Under the pieces are notes generated by a model, which did no database searches, had not been told where the DNA came from, and saw only the letters and a program-made list of their open reading frames with translations. A stretch of DNA of 63,725 nt, counting the filler, from Octopus bimaculoides (Eukaryota), in NCBI RefSeq assembly GCF_001194135.2. It is 9 parts of 8 records of this genome, joined end to end, with 100 filler letters (N's around TTAATTAATTAA, not from the genome) between each part and the next. Parts side by side here need not be neighbours in the genome. Positions count along the whole stretch, not along the records: positions 52,040 to 63,725 come from NC_069004.1; 8 more parts are not named here. One strand, written 5' to 3'. The translations under genes were made by a program, and so were the position numbers. Positions 63,670 through 63,725 of the stretch are shown piece after piece. Each line of letters begins with the position of its first letter. The stretch's first letter is position 1.

Positions 63670-63725
<56 letters not shown>
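63195..63725 (+). mobile_element. probable non-autonomous retroelement ending in (TAA)n
   Basis: Non-coding GC-richer block ending ...cactgctctctcactcg then (ATA)n. Single copy in the window; the repeat identity is from recall only. Confidence 0.35.

Overview
This is AT-rich, microsatellite-saturated animal genomic DNA from a gapped draft scaffold. The SINE set and the TTAATTAATTAA gap linkers suggest an octopus assembly; that is inference from recall, not a search. There is no prokaryotic system, CRISPR array, rRNA or intact tRNA gene. Almost all ORFs in the track are artefacts of simple repeats or N-runs. The window contains: (1) many copies of at least four tRNA-derived SINE families; (2) 5'-truncated R4/Dong-like RLE retrotransposon ends in (TAA)n/(GAT)n tracts; (3) mariner and hAT remnants and MITEs; (4) Penelope-like (GIY-YIG) remnants plus several hammerhead-ribozyme-like motifs; (5) candidate spliced exons of one or two unidentified minus-strand genes that the ORF track misses. 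The best leads are the hammerhead-bounded 510-bp unit at 281-803, the AT-rich island with an open GIY-YIG frame at 33.2-33.6 kb, two SINEs with ninefold amplified A-box heads, and the candidate terminal exon at 50114-49886 with an adjacent 4-unit diverged array. I found no convincing evidence for a wholly new biological system; these are candidates to test.
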